DNA from: Octopus vulgaris
Lineage: Eukaryota
NCBI GenBank assembly: GCA_951406725.2
Contig: OX597817.1
Coordinates: forward strand, 40,176,001 to 40,240,000
Direction of reading: 5' to 3'
Length of the DNA stretch: 64,000 nucleotides
Shown here piece by piece: positions 36,877 through 50,849 of this stretch. Under the pieces are notes generated by a model. It did no database searches. It had not been told where the DNA came from and saw only the letters and a list, made by a program, of their open reading frames with translations. Both the position numbers and the translations under genes were made by a program. Position 1 is the first letter of the stretch, and each line of letters opens with the position of its first letter.

Positions 36877-39800
36877 GTAAGTTATTTTCTATAAATTTTC
36901 TATTTTGTTATCAATCGCAGACATTCTAATCTCATCTCAATAGCCATATTTTATAAAAACCAGGTGTTTGCTGCTATAGTTCAATTGTAAAGTCATTTAA
37001 TATGGATTGCTGTGATGATTTCTTAAAGCAGCAGATAAGCTGTTACCTAGGTGATATTTTAAAATTGTGATGATTAGCATTCTTAGACAAAAGGATTTCT
37101 CTTTCAATATTGTTGTTGTTGCTACTGCTGCTGCTGTTGTTGTTGTTGCTGCTTAGACACAAGTTAGCCATGAATGAGCAGAAATAAGATCAAAGGGGTT
37201 CCATTCACGACTAGCAGTCATTTTTTTTTCTCTTTCAGTGTTTCAAGACTAGCTAGTCAATATTCCTTTGTTTTAGTCAGTAGGATGTGGTTTGTGGAAA
37301 ATTTGGTTGTGCAGAAACATTTTAGTACCAGAGGTGAATTACAAGTGCACATGAACCTGGGTGGAGAGTTTACATCTGTGTTAAGAGCAATAATGAATGT
37401 TTAATTCTATAATGTACATGTTTATATATCAAGTTATTACTGTTTTGATCTTTATGTTTAAATAAATTTTAAGGTTGTAATGAGGACTATTACAGACTTT
37501 GTTGGCAGATAGTTTGAAATTTAAATAGAAGTGAAGATTCACTTGCAAGCAAGTGGGTTTATTTTCCATTTGTATGCAGGCTTCTTTTTTCTGTCTCAGT
37601 CTATAAAAATGTGATAATATGGTATATCATTACCAACGTCACTTCACTGGCACCTGTGCCAGTGGCACATGTAAAAAAAGATACAAGAGAGGTCATTGCC
37701 AGTACCGCATGACTGGCCCCCCGTGCTGGTGGCACGTAAAAAGCACTCACTACACTCTCGGAGTGGTTGGCATTAGGAAGGGCATCCAGCTGTAGAAACC
37801 CTGCCAGATCAAGATTGGAGCCTGATGCAGCCATCTGGTTCGCCAGCCCTCAGTCAAAATCGTCCAACCCATGCTAGCATGGAAAGCAGACGTTAAACGA
37901 TGATGATGATGATATGTAAGGTCTGAAGATCAAGTATTTACAGAGAAAGATGCACTGGATATACAACGTGAACGTAATAAATAGACTATGTTCAAGTGAG
38001 CTGCAAAAATGTCTTATATATGTGACATTAAACAATGAATAAGAATCTAAATACACTTACAGTATGTCCCCCCAAAATATATATGCATTGAACAATTATA
38101 AAGTCAGTATTTATTAAAATACAGTTCGTTTTCAAAATGTAATCGAATCTACTGATAAAATTTAATTACTTTTTATGAATGCCTGTTTTCAAACTGATCG
38201 CTGTTATGGTCCAGGCACTGGCATTAATGCAAAGCATTTTCAGTCCAATGACTGCAATAAGTAAAAAAAATGACTGCAATAAGTAAAGAAATGAAAATGA
38301 TAACAGGAGGTAGAAAGACTGAATAGAAACTACAGCTAACAATGGAAGAAAGACAAACTACTATAACATAATATTATCCTTGATTCACATTCATGTTTTA
38401 GAAATGTGTGTGTTGTGTGTATGTGCACATATGTATGTATGTATGTATGTATATGACAGTAAATTTCAGAGAGGTTTCTTTGAAATGAATAACATATCAC
38501 AAAATTATTAGGATGAAGAGCACTTTGAGTCAGTTTTAAGATCAATATAATTTTGCTTTAAAAAAATACTTCCGTTAGCAATCATCTTTTCTCAGCAGTT
38601 TGTATTGACTTGGTCTTGCAAATCCAATATTTTTTAAGTAGAATTTTCCCATATTTTCTAAATATTTTTTTCTTTTTAAAAGGTTTTCCAGTTTTTAATT
38701 TGTTATAATTTCATTTTGATGCTATTCACAGACAAAGCAATTCAGAAATATATTGACAGAAAATGAAAAATATTATTGTGTCATTGTTAACAGGAGTGAA
38801 GTGTGGCTCCATAAGCATAGTTTGAAATAAGATGTTAATGAAATTTTTAATTCTTTTAAATATTTAGATACAGTGTATGTGTAACATGCATATGTATATA
38901 TTGTTCACTTTTATGTCTGTTTTATTCATGTTAGCATAGGTTAGATGAGTATATTATTGAGACACTGTTTTGCAGCTGGATACTCTTCATGTTGCTAACT
39001 CTTACCTGTTTTCAAGAAAGCATTTTATTTTGTACATTTTACACAAAGTTCAAATCTCTGCTATCACAATGAGTGCTAGAAAATATCTTTTAGTGGTTAC
39101 ATAAATACAAGAGGTTTTAGAAAATTGGATTTTCATTGGAAACCTTTTTACCCTTAGGCATTTCGCATTAAACATGAAGCCTGTGGATGTTCCCAGATCT
39201 TGTTTGAAGTTCCCACAACTAAATGAACTGAGACTCAAAGAGTAAAATGCTTTATTTTACTTGAAAATACATTTCAGCTAGAAGTTAATACTTTAACTCT
39301 TCAATTATTCATACCTCTTCAAAATATTAAAAAATTACAATTCTAAGTTTTTACTCTGGACATCACGTTCATTAACCTGGTCATCATTTGTGTTTTACTT
39401 TTAATCTTGAGAAAAATTATTCTTTCCATTTCACATATTTTATTTATTTATGTTCTATTTGCTGCCAACATCTTTTGTACTTCAATTAGTGTGCAAAGCT
39501 TTCAAGTATTGACCTGCCCAAGGCTTTCATACATATTCATCTCTAACATTTTTTTTTTCTTAAGAAATCATTTTGAACATAATCATTTTCAATTTCAGTT
39601 CAAAGAGTTATTATTTAATTTTATTTATCTTTTTTCAATTCATTTTTAATCTCATCCTACAATACAAAAAAAAAATAATAAAATGGTGTTATAGGGTCAA
39701 ATTTCTTTTACTATAGAACATCTTCCATCCTAGCATTTAAATACAGGCATAATTAAATTCCAACCTCACACACACTTCCCACACTTTATGTCATTCAAAC

Positions 39801-40519
39801 ATCAGTTTTCAACTTGACAAGGTTTTAGGTGATTAAACACATAACAGGTTTGTGAAAGTTCAAGTGTTTAATCCGCAAAGAACTGGTATTTACTGACAAA
39901 GAACTGGCATTTAATAGCGTACAGTTGGTTATGTGTGTTTGTGATTGCATACATGTATGTATGAGTGAGTTGTATATGCATTATGTTTGCATGCATGGTG
40001 TGTGTATGTGTATGTAATATCTGTGAATTAGATTTCCTGTACAGAACTGTTGCTCCATTGCCTGACTGATGGGAGCTGCTATCTTTAGTACAAATTGATT
40101 GTCACATTTAATTTATTACTCATGTGGCATTTATCAAAAGTGACATGCAAAGTCAGTCTGCATATGCTTGTATGCATCTTCCAGCTAGCTGCACTTGTGC
40201 TTCTTAGCTGAAAATAACTTTTTAATCAATTGAGTAATTTAGAAGCTAATGGATTCCTGCTAATATGATATTAAACTGATTTTCGTCTCAGTTATCTGAA
40301 ATTGCCTCAGGTGAATGAATCTGAGTCAGTGAATACTGCAAGATAGTGTAAGATATTAATGGAAGTGGGAGAAATTAGTGTAACTACAACACTAGTGATG
40401 TTAATATGGTGACTATCTCGTATTAGTTCTTTAGTTTTCATTGCTGTTTTCTTTTTGTTTTGTTTTTTGCTTGTTACCTCAATTACAAAATACTTATCAA
40501 ATAATATCATTACTTCTAG

Positions 40520-40720
40520 GAAATTAGACATGAAGAGAACATGAAAAACAACAAATTCCAGCGGTTTGGAGATATAACTGATCAACTGCTAGAAATGGTT
40601 GAGGAGGTCAGCGGTAAAACTCATTTACAGAAGGAAGTTGATGACTTCCAGAGCTATCATGATTTTATTATGGAACGACTGCACGCAATGTGTGAGAAAA
40701 TGAACGCTGGAAAGGATATA
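40520..40720 (+). CDS. SYNE1: Nesprin-1-like exon (EIRHEENMKNNKFQRF...NAGKDI)
   Basis: Bounded by ttctag| and |gtaatt; 201 nt, phase 0 to 0. Spectrin helix B/C pattern at the expected position. Confidence 0.85.
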
Positions 40721-41138
40721 GTAATTATAACTTTTCTATAAAACAGTCCGTCTTTAAAATATTGCATCAAATAAAGTTTCTGTTACGTTTTGATTCTGTT
40801 AGGACATACATAGGTTAAATTCAAGTTAAGCAATAGAAGCCACTTTATAATAAAACAATAATAACACAATATACTTGCTCAACTAAAGGCGGTGCTCCAG
40901 CATGGCCATAGTCAAATCACTGAAACAAGTAAACGAGTAAAAGACTGAAACAAGTAAAAGAGTAAAAGACTATTGCAGGTGTTTTGGAATGTAACACTCG
41001 CAATAGTCAAGGGATTACTGTAAACGTATTCTTGGAACTGGTATATAAGTACTAATGACTTGTAGGTATATGGTATTTCGTTCTGCAACCATAATATACT
41101 ATAAAGTATATCAAACATTTGATATACTTTATAGTATA

Positions 41139-41765
41139 CTAGCAGAGATGCTCAGCACTGCAATCACATAGCCTGTATATATATTACAGTTATGTTGAAA
41201 CATGTGATACAGAGAAGTGTAGCATTGACAACAAAACATTTGTGGAGTAAATGATGGGCTAATTCAACTAACTGACATGTCAAGTGTTTATTTGGTGGAT
41301 GCGTTCATTGGAAGATGACAATTGTACATTAATTATGATGTGTCAGTAAAAAAAAAAGCAAATAATATCAATAGCTTAGCAAATTTTAAGAAATACATAC
41401 AATGAACTGAGATGACACTGTTATGTTAATAATTAAATGTCATTAAAAACATTAATTAATATCAATATTTTAAAAAGATGTAAAACGTTCAGCAGATTAA
41501 TGGTGCTGGATGTAAAGGAGACAATCAACTTCTGAAAGTTACTTCACAAAGAGTTATCTCCCTTCTCCACATAACTCAGGAAAGGGTATTTTCTGCTCCC
41601 AGAGGGCCTGTTACTCTTTATGTGAAGAGTTTTAAGAGTCTAAAACGATCTCTGGAACACAGGTAATGTATGTTTCCAGTTTGGAGAAAATCAGTTATGA
41701 ACTTCAGAAGTTATGTGAGTTTACGCATGCACACACACACAACCTGACTTTTATATATATAGAGA
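41139..41765 (-). mobile_element. Non-autonomous Helitron
   Basis: The minus strand starts A|TCTCTATATATATAAAAG and ends with a short GC hairpin and CTAG|T. No TSD. Confidence 0.7.
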
Positions 41766-42461
41766 TTATGGTCACATAACAAAATATCATGTACCTACAA
41801 GTCATTAGAATTAACAGAAGATTTTATTATTGCACATAGAGTTTTAACTGTGTTGGTCTTTCGCAGTAATTACATACTGGGAGAGACATACTGCTTGGAG
41901 TTTACAACACGCTTACCGATACAGCGGTCATAACCGGAAAATAATTGCACTATATTTTCCTGGTTATGAAAATTCCTGTCTCTTATTGACCACCTATCTT
42001 AACTGGCTGGATGTGGCAAGAATGGAGACTCAATGTGCAGATGCTTCAAAATTTTACAATTACTGACAAAAACTACCTTTTTATGGGGCACAAGGAGAAG
42101 ATTCTAGACAATTGAATCATGTGATGGCTTGATGCTGATTGGTTGCCTGATATATCACTCATGTAAAACTACTGTGGTTTGATGATAATGTCTGACCAAC
42201 TACCTAGCAGTTCAGTTTTGAATCACCATTAGAGTGTAAACCACTCTTAAATGGCTTGGCTGTGTGGTAAGAAGTTTGCGTCCTGACCACATGGTTCTGG
42301 GTTCAGTGCCACTGTCTGCCACCTTAGGCAAGTGTCTTTTACCATAGCCTCAGGCTGACCAAAGCCTCGCCAGTATGGAAAACAGACGTTAAACAATTAT
42401 AATGATGATGATATATATACATATATATGTTTATGTATGTATGTGTATGTATGTATGTATG

Positions 42462-42556
<95 letters not shown>

Positions 42557-43974
42557 GTATATATATATATGTATGTATATATATATGCATATACTTTTGT
42601 CCCCTCCCCCACTGCTTGACAAATGGTGTTGATGTGTTTACATGCCTCTAATTTAGTGGTTCAGCAAGAGAGTTCAATAGAATAAGCACTAGGCTTAAAA
42701 TTCAACTAAAAATGCTTCAAGGCAGTGCCCCAGCATGGCCACAGTCAAATCGCTGAAACAAGTAAAAGATAAAAGATATTGCAAAGTGTTGCTGACCATC
42801 TCATCATATTTCCACATGAACTCAAATACCTAAATATTTCCACATGAACTCAAATACATTGTCACAGTTGGAAATTCAGGGTAGTGACAGCACCTAGCCT
42901 AGTGGTTAGGGTGTTTCACTCATGACTATATGATCATTGTTTTGATTCCTGGACCAGGCAGTGCATTGTATAATAAATAAATGCGCCCTTTTTAAAGCCT
43001 AGGCAGACTCATGGGCCCGGTTTCTATGGCGTATGTGTTCCCCAGCTGGATGGGATGCCAGTTCATCGCAGCGTTACTCATTTTTACCAGCTTAGTGGAT
43101 TGGAGCAACGTGAAATGAAGTGTTTTGCTCAAGAACACAATGCGTCGCCCGGTCCAGGAATCGAAACCACAATCTTACGATCATGAAGTGCATTGTATAC
43201 GTGAGCAAAACAACTTCATTTCACATTGCACCTGTCCATTCAACAGTAAATGATTAACTCTGCAACAGACTGGCATCCTGTCCAGGGGTGATGTTGTGAT
43301 CTCAGTCATTTATACATCATAGAAACTGAGTAAGTAGTCCTATGAGTCCTAGGACTTGTCATAGTAATGTCCTGATGATGATGAAGTAGGTTGGGGCACA
43401 AAATTGATTGAATCAACTAAGTGTTTACTGATCCTGGAATGATAAAAATAAAGAAAACAACCTTGGCCTGATTTGAAATCAAAACCTAAAATAATGTAAC
43501 TAGATATCATAAGGCATTTAGTTCCTAGAAATTGATTCTGTCATCCATTATTGGAATTTCCTACAAAAGAGTACTATTGAGTACATTTCTTTTAAAACGT
43601 AACTAAATTTCCTCCGTTGCCATAAATGTTCATTGATTAAAAAAGAAGAAAATATCCAATGACTGATTTGCCATGAGGTGTGAAAAATTCAACTTTTCAG
43701 ACACTTGTCCTTCTTCTGAACAAAAACAGAGAGGGAAGCTAAGAGAGCTGCTGATTCTTAACAAGTGCTTCATTGGTCTCTATATTGGTTTGTATATAAT
43801 TCTTCTCTCCTAGAAGAGCAAGTTTCTAAAAAAGGGAATTTTTTGTTCATCACTGCTAATCAATCATTGTAATTTTTTTTTCAATCAGTGCACTTTAATT
43901 GATTAACTTTTGCCAGTATAGATCACTGCCACTTTCTTTGGATTTTAGATCTTACTATTTTTCTCTTTTACTAG

Positions 43975-44071
43975 GTTGATCAACCTCACACTTCTCCATA
44001 TGACCAAGATTATCGACATTTGGTGCTTGAAAGACCACAACCAGAACACAAGGTTACCCTAGAACGAATTG
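43975..44071 (+). CDS. SYNE1: Nesprin linker (adaptive-domain region) exon (VDQPHTSPYDQDYRHLVLERPQPEHKVTLERI)
   Basis: Pyrimidine tract and ctag|, ending G|gtaatt. Phase 0 to 1 supplies exactly the phase shift needed between the flanking exons. Confidence 0.75.
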
Positions 44072-44189
44072 GTAATTATTTACAAACTTACCATCTTCTC
44101 CATTATCTTCAACAGCTTCTGTATTTCCCATCAATCCCTTTTTCTTTTTGTTATCAGAGGTTGCATAAATTTAGAAAAAAATTTGTTTT

Positions 44190-45464
44190 GAAATTTGAAA
44201 GAAAAAATTGTCTGAAAATTACAAAGGAAAATTAAGAAACACTTTGGAATTAGAAAGAAGGCAAATCATTTTGTAAACTTTTTTTTGTTTACCTAGGATA
44301 TGGGTGTAAGGTAGAATAGGGGAATAAGATAAGTGTGTGATGGGTATATCTGGATGGAAGGAATATATGCAACTTGCCAGTTCCTAATAGTTCAAGGACA
44401 TCCCAAGACTAGATTGGAAGTATGAAGAAAGAATGAGAGAAAGTTGTGCTGAAAGAGTACAGCGGGGTTCACCACCCCTCCCTGCCAGAGCCTCGTGGAG
44501 CTTAGGTGTTTTTGCTCAATAAACCCTCACAATGCCTGGTCTGGGAATTGAAACCATGTTCTTATGACTGCGAGTCCACTGCTCTAACCACTGGACCATT
44601 GCGCCTGCACTGTTGCTGCTGTTGTTTAGGCCAGAGTAATCCTGATTCAGAGGCATGATCAAAGATATTCCAAACATGATCATCCTCTCTCAAATTTCAG
44701 ACATAATATATCAAGAACTACATTATTTAGTGTACCATAACCTTTTCAAGACTGCATATGGGATATGAGGGAGATTTAGTTACTATTTCTAACAGGTTTA
44801 TTTGCCATTTATTTAATCATTGCATCCTGCTAATTTTTATGGTTAGACCTTTTCATTCAACAATATTGAATAGAACATTTATACATCTATATTTAGAACA
44901 ATCCATAAATAGGAATGTAGCTCTTTCGTATATTTTTTTATTACACTTTATGTCATGTCATTGCAATTCTAGAATACAATGTGGATTGTGAGGGTAGGTT
45001 GATGAATGATGCAAAGTTATTTAAAATAGAATCATTTTGACAGGATGTCTCAACAGCTTTAATATTCAGACACAGAATTTTATTGTAGTACATCTTGTAG
45101 TAACTCTTTTTGTTTGTGGCTAAACTATGATGTTATTGAACTTGGATGTAGCGATATTGTTCCAATTTAGTTTTGTGAGGTTTATCACTCTTTTTTTACT
45201 TTATTTACTCTTTCTTAGTGGAAATTTTACATCATGAAAACCTCAGAATAAGACAGTGAAAGAGAATATACTGTTTATGAAAATGATCTAAATAATATAG
45301 GCGTAGGAGTGGCTGTGTGGTAAGTAGCTTGCTTACCAGCCACATGGTTCCAGGTTCAATCCCACTGCGTGGCACCTTGGGCAAGTGTCTTCTATTATAG
45401 CCTCGGGCCGACCAAAGCCTTGTGAGTGGATTTGGTAGACGGAAACTGAAAGAAGCCCATCATA

Positions 45465-45506
<42 letters not shown>

Positions 45507-47580
45507 GTGTGTGTGTGTATACGTTTGTGTGTCTGTGATTGTCCTCCCAACATCGCTTGACAACCGATGCTGGTGTGTTTACATCCTCGTAACTTAGCGG
45601 TTCAGCAAAAGAGACCGATAGAATAAGTACTAGGCTTACAAAGAATAAGTCCTGGGGTCGATTTGCTCGACTAAAGGCAATGCTCCAGCATGACCACCGT
45701 CAAATGACTGAAACAAGTAAAAGAGTAAGAAAATTAAAAAGATAAAAAAAACTAATCAGTTTTTCAGTATTATAGAAATACTGTTATGATCCTTTTTGAT
45801 ACACAATTTATGTCCATTTTTCTATATTGACATGGATCCAGCTTGAGGCAGCATTTTAAGGTTAGATGTCCTTCCTGTTGTCAACCCTTACCTGTTTATT
45901 TCTTCCTTTTTTTTAAATTTGTAAAAACTTTTGATAATATAATGATAAATATATTCTGATGAAGAATTGTTTCATTAGACACAACATTAATAAATTTTCT
46001 TTTATTGAATTTTACCAAGATACCCGAGACAGTCCAGTGCTAGAAAGCAGGTTTATTCAAAGGCCACCTGATCGATTTTCTTCTGGTAATTATTTATAAA
46101 AGTGTCTTCTTCTCCATCACAATTAACACTTTATAAATTCACTAAGATGAACTTTTGTTTCTCTCATGAAGAATGTGAGAAATTTCTTTTGAAATTACAA
46201 TGAAGAAAAAAGCTTTTGTAGCAATTTTTGTCTTGCCTAGGATATGGGTATGAGGGAAAATAGGGATAATGAGAAATAGATTGATTGATGTAACTACATG
46301 CAAGAAATATGCAACTTGCCTTCTCATAATAATTTAAGACAATCTCATCTTTTATTTCAGACATAGTGTGTCTAGATATACTTTATGCAATGTATCCTTA
46401 TGTTTTTAAAATAGTAAATGTGATATGAGGGAGGTTTGGTTACTATTTCTAGCAGATTGTTGCAATACTGCTTCTGTCTAGTTTTCTGGGGTTTATTTTT
46501 CCCTTTCCTTGTATTACTTTTTCTTGGTGGAAATTTTATATCATGAAACCCAAAAAATAAGACAGTGGAAAGAAATATAACATTTATAAAAATAACCTGC
46601 ATAAGAATATCTTTAAAAAAAAACTATTACCAGTTTTTCAGTCTTAAAGAAATATTGTTCTGATCCTTTTTTAAATATGCAAGTGATATCCATTTTTCTA
46701 TATTGGCATGGATTCAATTTGAGGCAACATTTTAAGATCAAATGCATTCCCTGTTGCCAACCCTTATCTGTTTGTCTCTTATTTAAATTTGTAAAAAGTT
46801 TTAATGATAATATATTCTGATGAAAGATTGCTTCAGTAGACACAACATTAACAAATTTTTCTTTTTTTGATTCTTACCAAGGTATCCAAGACAGTCCAGT
46901 GCAAGAAAGCAGCTTTGTTCAAAGGCCACCTGATCAATTTACTTCTGGTAATTATTCATAAAAGTTTCTTATTCTCTATCACCATTAACCATTTTTAAAT
47001 TCACTAAGATGAACTTTTCTTTTTTTCATGAAGAATGTGAGAAATTTAAGCTGTTTTGAAATTACAATGAAATAACAATTTTTGTTTTGCTTAAGATATG
47101 GGGTATGAAGTAAAATAGGGCCTATAAGAAATGGATTGACTAGTGTAACTACATGATGGATGCCTTTTCTAATGCTAACCAATTTATAGTGTGCTCAGTG
47201 TAATTGTTTTCATACTGCCAGCACTAGTGAGGGCTACAGGTAACTTGCAAGATGAGTAAAGAAAAGGAAAAAGCCCCACCTCCTGCCTAAGTTGGTGGAG
47301 TAGTATTTAGTTTGAGGGAAGTGATTTTAAACCAGGTGTTGAGAGACTAAAGTAAAATAGAGCAACAAGCACAGGTGTTTTATGAAAGAGGAGATTCTTG
47401 GCAACCTCACATTATATGAAAGCGTTGATGAATAATGCAAAGGTGTTTTAAATGGAATTATTTTCAGTAGGATGTCTCAAAAACTTTAACAATCTAACAC
47501 AGAATTTTATTGCCATTGTAAACATCTTGTAGTACCTCTTCTTTTAGCAGTTGGATTTTGATGCTATTGAAATTGTGGTG
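44190..47580 (+). repeat. Old local tandem duplication or triplication of intronic sequence
   Basis: The block GAAATTACAA...GATATGGG...ATAGGG recurs at about 44215, 46191 and 47058. 45740-46180 matches 46620-47040. Confidence 0.75.
45300..45730 (+). mobile_element. tRNA-derived SINE family 1 (internal microsatellite), full length
   Basis: A box TGGCTGTGTGG, B box GGTTCAATCCC, central (TA)n(TG)n, tail AAACAAGTAAAAGAGTAA. Many copies in the window. Confidence 0.9.
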
Positions 47581-50070
47581 AATAGTATGTAAATCTTATG
47601 AAAAAGAATCTAAGGGGAAACAGACTGACAGTCCTGGAGTAGAGAAGGCATGTCATTGAAGAGATCATGAATGGCGATGAAAGGACTTTGAGAAACTTAA
47701 CTGAGTCATTGATTGACTGAATGATTAATCAGTTGTTTAATTAATTGTTTTGGTAATTAACCAATTGACAAATAAAAAGTAAAATAGAACCAGTACATGT
47801 GTTTGTTATTCACATAATGACCTTCCCAAGATACAACAAAATATGCTTCAATACATAAGTTCACATAAAGAATATTGTTAACCAAATACAAAATCAAAAT
47901 AATCTAAGAGAGTTCTAAAATGACCATTAAAATTAGTTTACAAGTTCATTGCCTCTGTGAGGCCCTAGACTTGAAAGGAACTCAGCCACTTTGCTTCTGT
48001 GAGACCCAGTGCTAAAGGTTTATTCAAATAACCATCATACATGTTTTAATATTGGACTTCTCATTACATTTTCTTCAGCAATTGAAATCTAAATAAATGT
48101 TAAAAATGAAGAAAAATATTGTGCTTGATATTACATATTGAAGAAATATATACCATACAGCTGATGCAGTGTATATTTATATGTATGTATATGTGTGACA
48201 GGCTTCTTTACAGTTTTCATTAAGAAATTCCATTCACAAAAATCTGTTAATGTCCTAAAGATAACAATTCTTATGAAAATAACAAAAATGTAAAATTGCT
48301 TTAACAAGTCAAGCACAACTTTAAAATATTTTTTCTATTATTGTTTTAAAATTTGAAAACAAAATGAACTTATTTTTACCCAATAATCTTTTCAGTCTAG
48401 AGTTTTGGTGTTTTGTTGCCATGATATTGATGCTGATGATGACGACAACGATGATGATGATGATGATGATAATCATGATTATCATTATTATCATCATCAT
48501 CATCATCATCAATATCATAGCAACGTAATAATAATTCACGATCCTTTTATTTGTTTCTCAGTCAACTGGCAGAAGATATATTAACGAGATGGTAGCTTGA
48601 CAGCAGTCAGCTTCCGTCATTTTTGTTCAACTTCTGTGTTTACAACAATGTTTAGATTAGTTTCCATTTGAAATGTTCCAAAATAAAAAAAGAAGAAAGA
48701 AAAGAAAAGAAAGAAGAAGAAGAAATATCAAAAGAACAATCAGCCAACAAAACTAAGAATTAAAGTGTTTAGTGAACATATCATAAATCAAATCTTTCAT
48801 TTTTAATTTCTTTATAGATATTGATTGTTTCCTTGTGTTATTTTTTTTTCCGTTCCTTCATACATGAACTTATATCATCATCATCACTATCATCATCACC
48901 ATCATCATGAACATCATCATCAACATTGTCATTGTCAGCAGCAGTGTCGTTAATATTTTTGTCATTGGTGACACCATCACCAACCTCAATGTCATCATTG
49001 ACATCGTCGTCGTCATCATTATCATCCTTGTTGTAAGCATCAGGAGCATGATTATCATTATATCACTACCACCACCATCACCACTGCTATCATCTTCATT
49101 ATACACCCAATAAAACGATGCTGTCGATGTGTTGTGATAAAATTATACATCAATATAATATAATAATACAAAAATTCATTTAAAACACCATCAGGTACAC
49201 AGTTTTATCTTTCATTCTCTTATTTTATAACCTAATATTGTCTGCATTATCTTTTTAATAAGTTTTGTTGGTGTCTATGTTTCCTCAATTAGATGTTCTT
49301 AGGATTAAATTAAATTACAAATAATTTGCATGTCTTTCACAAAAATCTATATTTTCATCATACATTATTTTTACACGCTTCTTTTTACTTCTTTCAAGTT
49401 CACAATCTTTCCATAGTGAAGTGAGTAAGAAATTTGAGATTCATGCATAAGCTTCATTCAGGTGTCCATGGTTACAAAATATGCCAGAGGACCTATTATT
49501 TTACATGTAAGATAGGACTGGGAAATATTTTACCAATATATTGAAGGAAAGATTATAAAATAACTTGCTTAAGGTCATAGTGCAGATCAGTGCAAATGTC
49601 TGAATTGGAACATGTGATGTATCAGTTGAGATACTTGTAATTCTTCGTGATACATCTCAAGTGCCTTTGAGCAAGATGCATTTCACCACACTGCACTAGA
49701 GACCTCTGTTCCCCCATTAGCTTTGGTAGTTCCTCAGTTACATGCAGTGAGTCTTGGCCAATAACATCAATGTAGTTGCATGGTCTTCATTTTCTATTAG
49801 GGAGTAGGATCTCCAAAATATAACATCCAATATAACCATATGTGACCAAGCCATATCAGATAGTATAACTTGTCTTTGCTGAAAATAAATTTCTCTTATT
49901 ACATACACACACACACATGCACAAATACCCTGTTGATGTTGTTGAAATTCCAGTGAAGGAGCCTTGGATCTATGTTAGAAACTGGCTCTTTCTCTATTGC
50001 CAAGAAATCTTGAAATAAAACTGAATAACATACATACAGTCTTTCATTATGAATCTTTTCTGTTTTCTAG

Positions 50071-50273
50071 GATTATATTTTTCAAGAGATGATCACCGAA
50101 ACAAAATACGTAATGAACTGCCTGAGGTAAATCAGAATGCTGAAATGGAAGCTTCTCTTGAAGAAATGCTTTCTGCTCTGGAAAACTGTGCACAAAAGAT
50201 GGTTATTGGAGAAGAGCAATTGAGATGTCAAACTCCAGTTGGCCCAGAGCTGGATCAGGAGACAAGAGACTAC
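50071..50273 (+). CDS. SYNE1: Nesprin-1-like exon (LYFSRDDH...LRCQTPVGPELDQETRDY)
   Basis: Bounded by ttctag| and |gtaagt; phase 1 to 0. Matches SYNE1 IRSKTPTGPELDTSYKGY. Confidence 0.9.
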
Positions 50274-50734
50274 GTAAGTAAATTCATTTTACACAAAGTT
50301 TTCTTTTTCCCTTTTTAAAACAAATATACCAATTTTTTTAAAGGTATGGCTAAAGTCTTAAATTCAGTTGGCATAAAGGGATGGCAGTCAAAATCAGTTT
50401 AAAAAGGATTACAACCAAAGAGAATAGGGGTATAAAAATTTGGAATTTTTTCCTATGATATTCTCTTAAGGAATTTTGATTAAAGAAATTATATAAAATG
50501 GTGAAACTACATTTTTTTTTGCTTGCCTCTTAAGAAATCTTTAATGTATGGTCATTATAGGCAAGTATTGCTTATATAGTAGTATTCTTTTGGTCAATTC
50601 ATATCAATAAAAATCACATGACAATTCATAGGTTTGTAATTCCTATATTTATTGCTGTTTATCTTAAGACAGTAAGTATGATAGATGTTTATATGTATGT
50701 ATTAATATATTTTTCTTGATGTGTTTTTCTTCAG

Positions 50735-50849
50735 ATTAAGATAATGTCTGACTGTCAAGATAGTGTGGATAATGTGTCAGAAGTTTATAGCCAGATTAAG
50801 GCTAGGCCTGGCCTCACATCGATTAATGCAGTCGATCAGGAGGTCTCCA
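50735..50849 (+). CDS. SYNE1: Nesprin-1-like exon (IKIMSDCQDSVDNVSEVYSQIKARPGLTSINAVDQEVS)
   Basis: Bounded by ttcag| and A|gtaagt; phase 0 to 1. Matches SYNE1 MKLLGECSSSIDSV. Too short to appear in the ORF track. Confidence 0.88.

Noticed and set aside
48870-49113. Met/Ile-rich ORFs
   Set aside because: Degenerate (ATC)n trinucleotide repeat.
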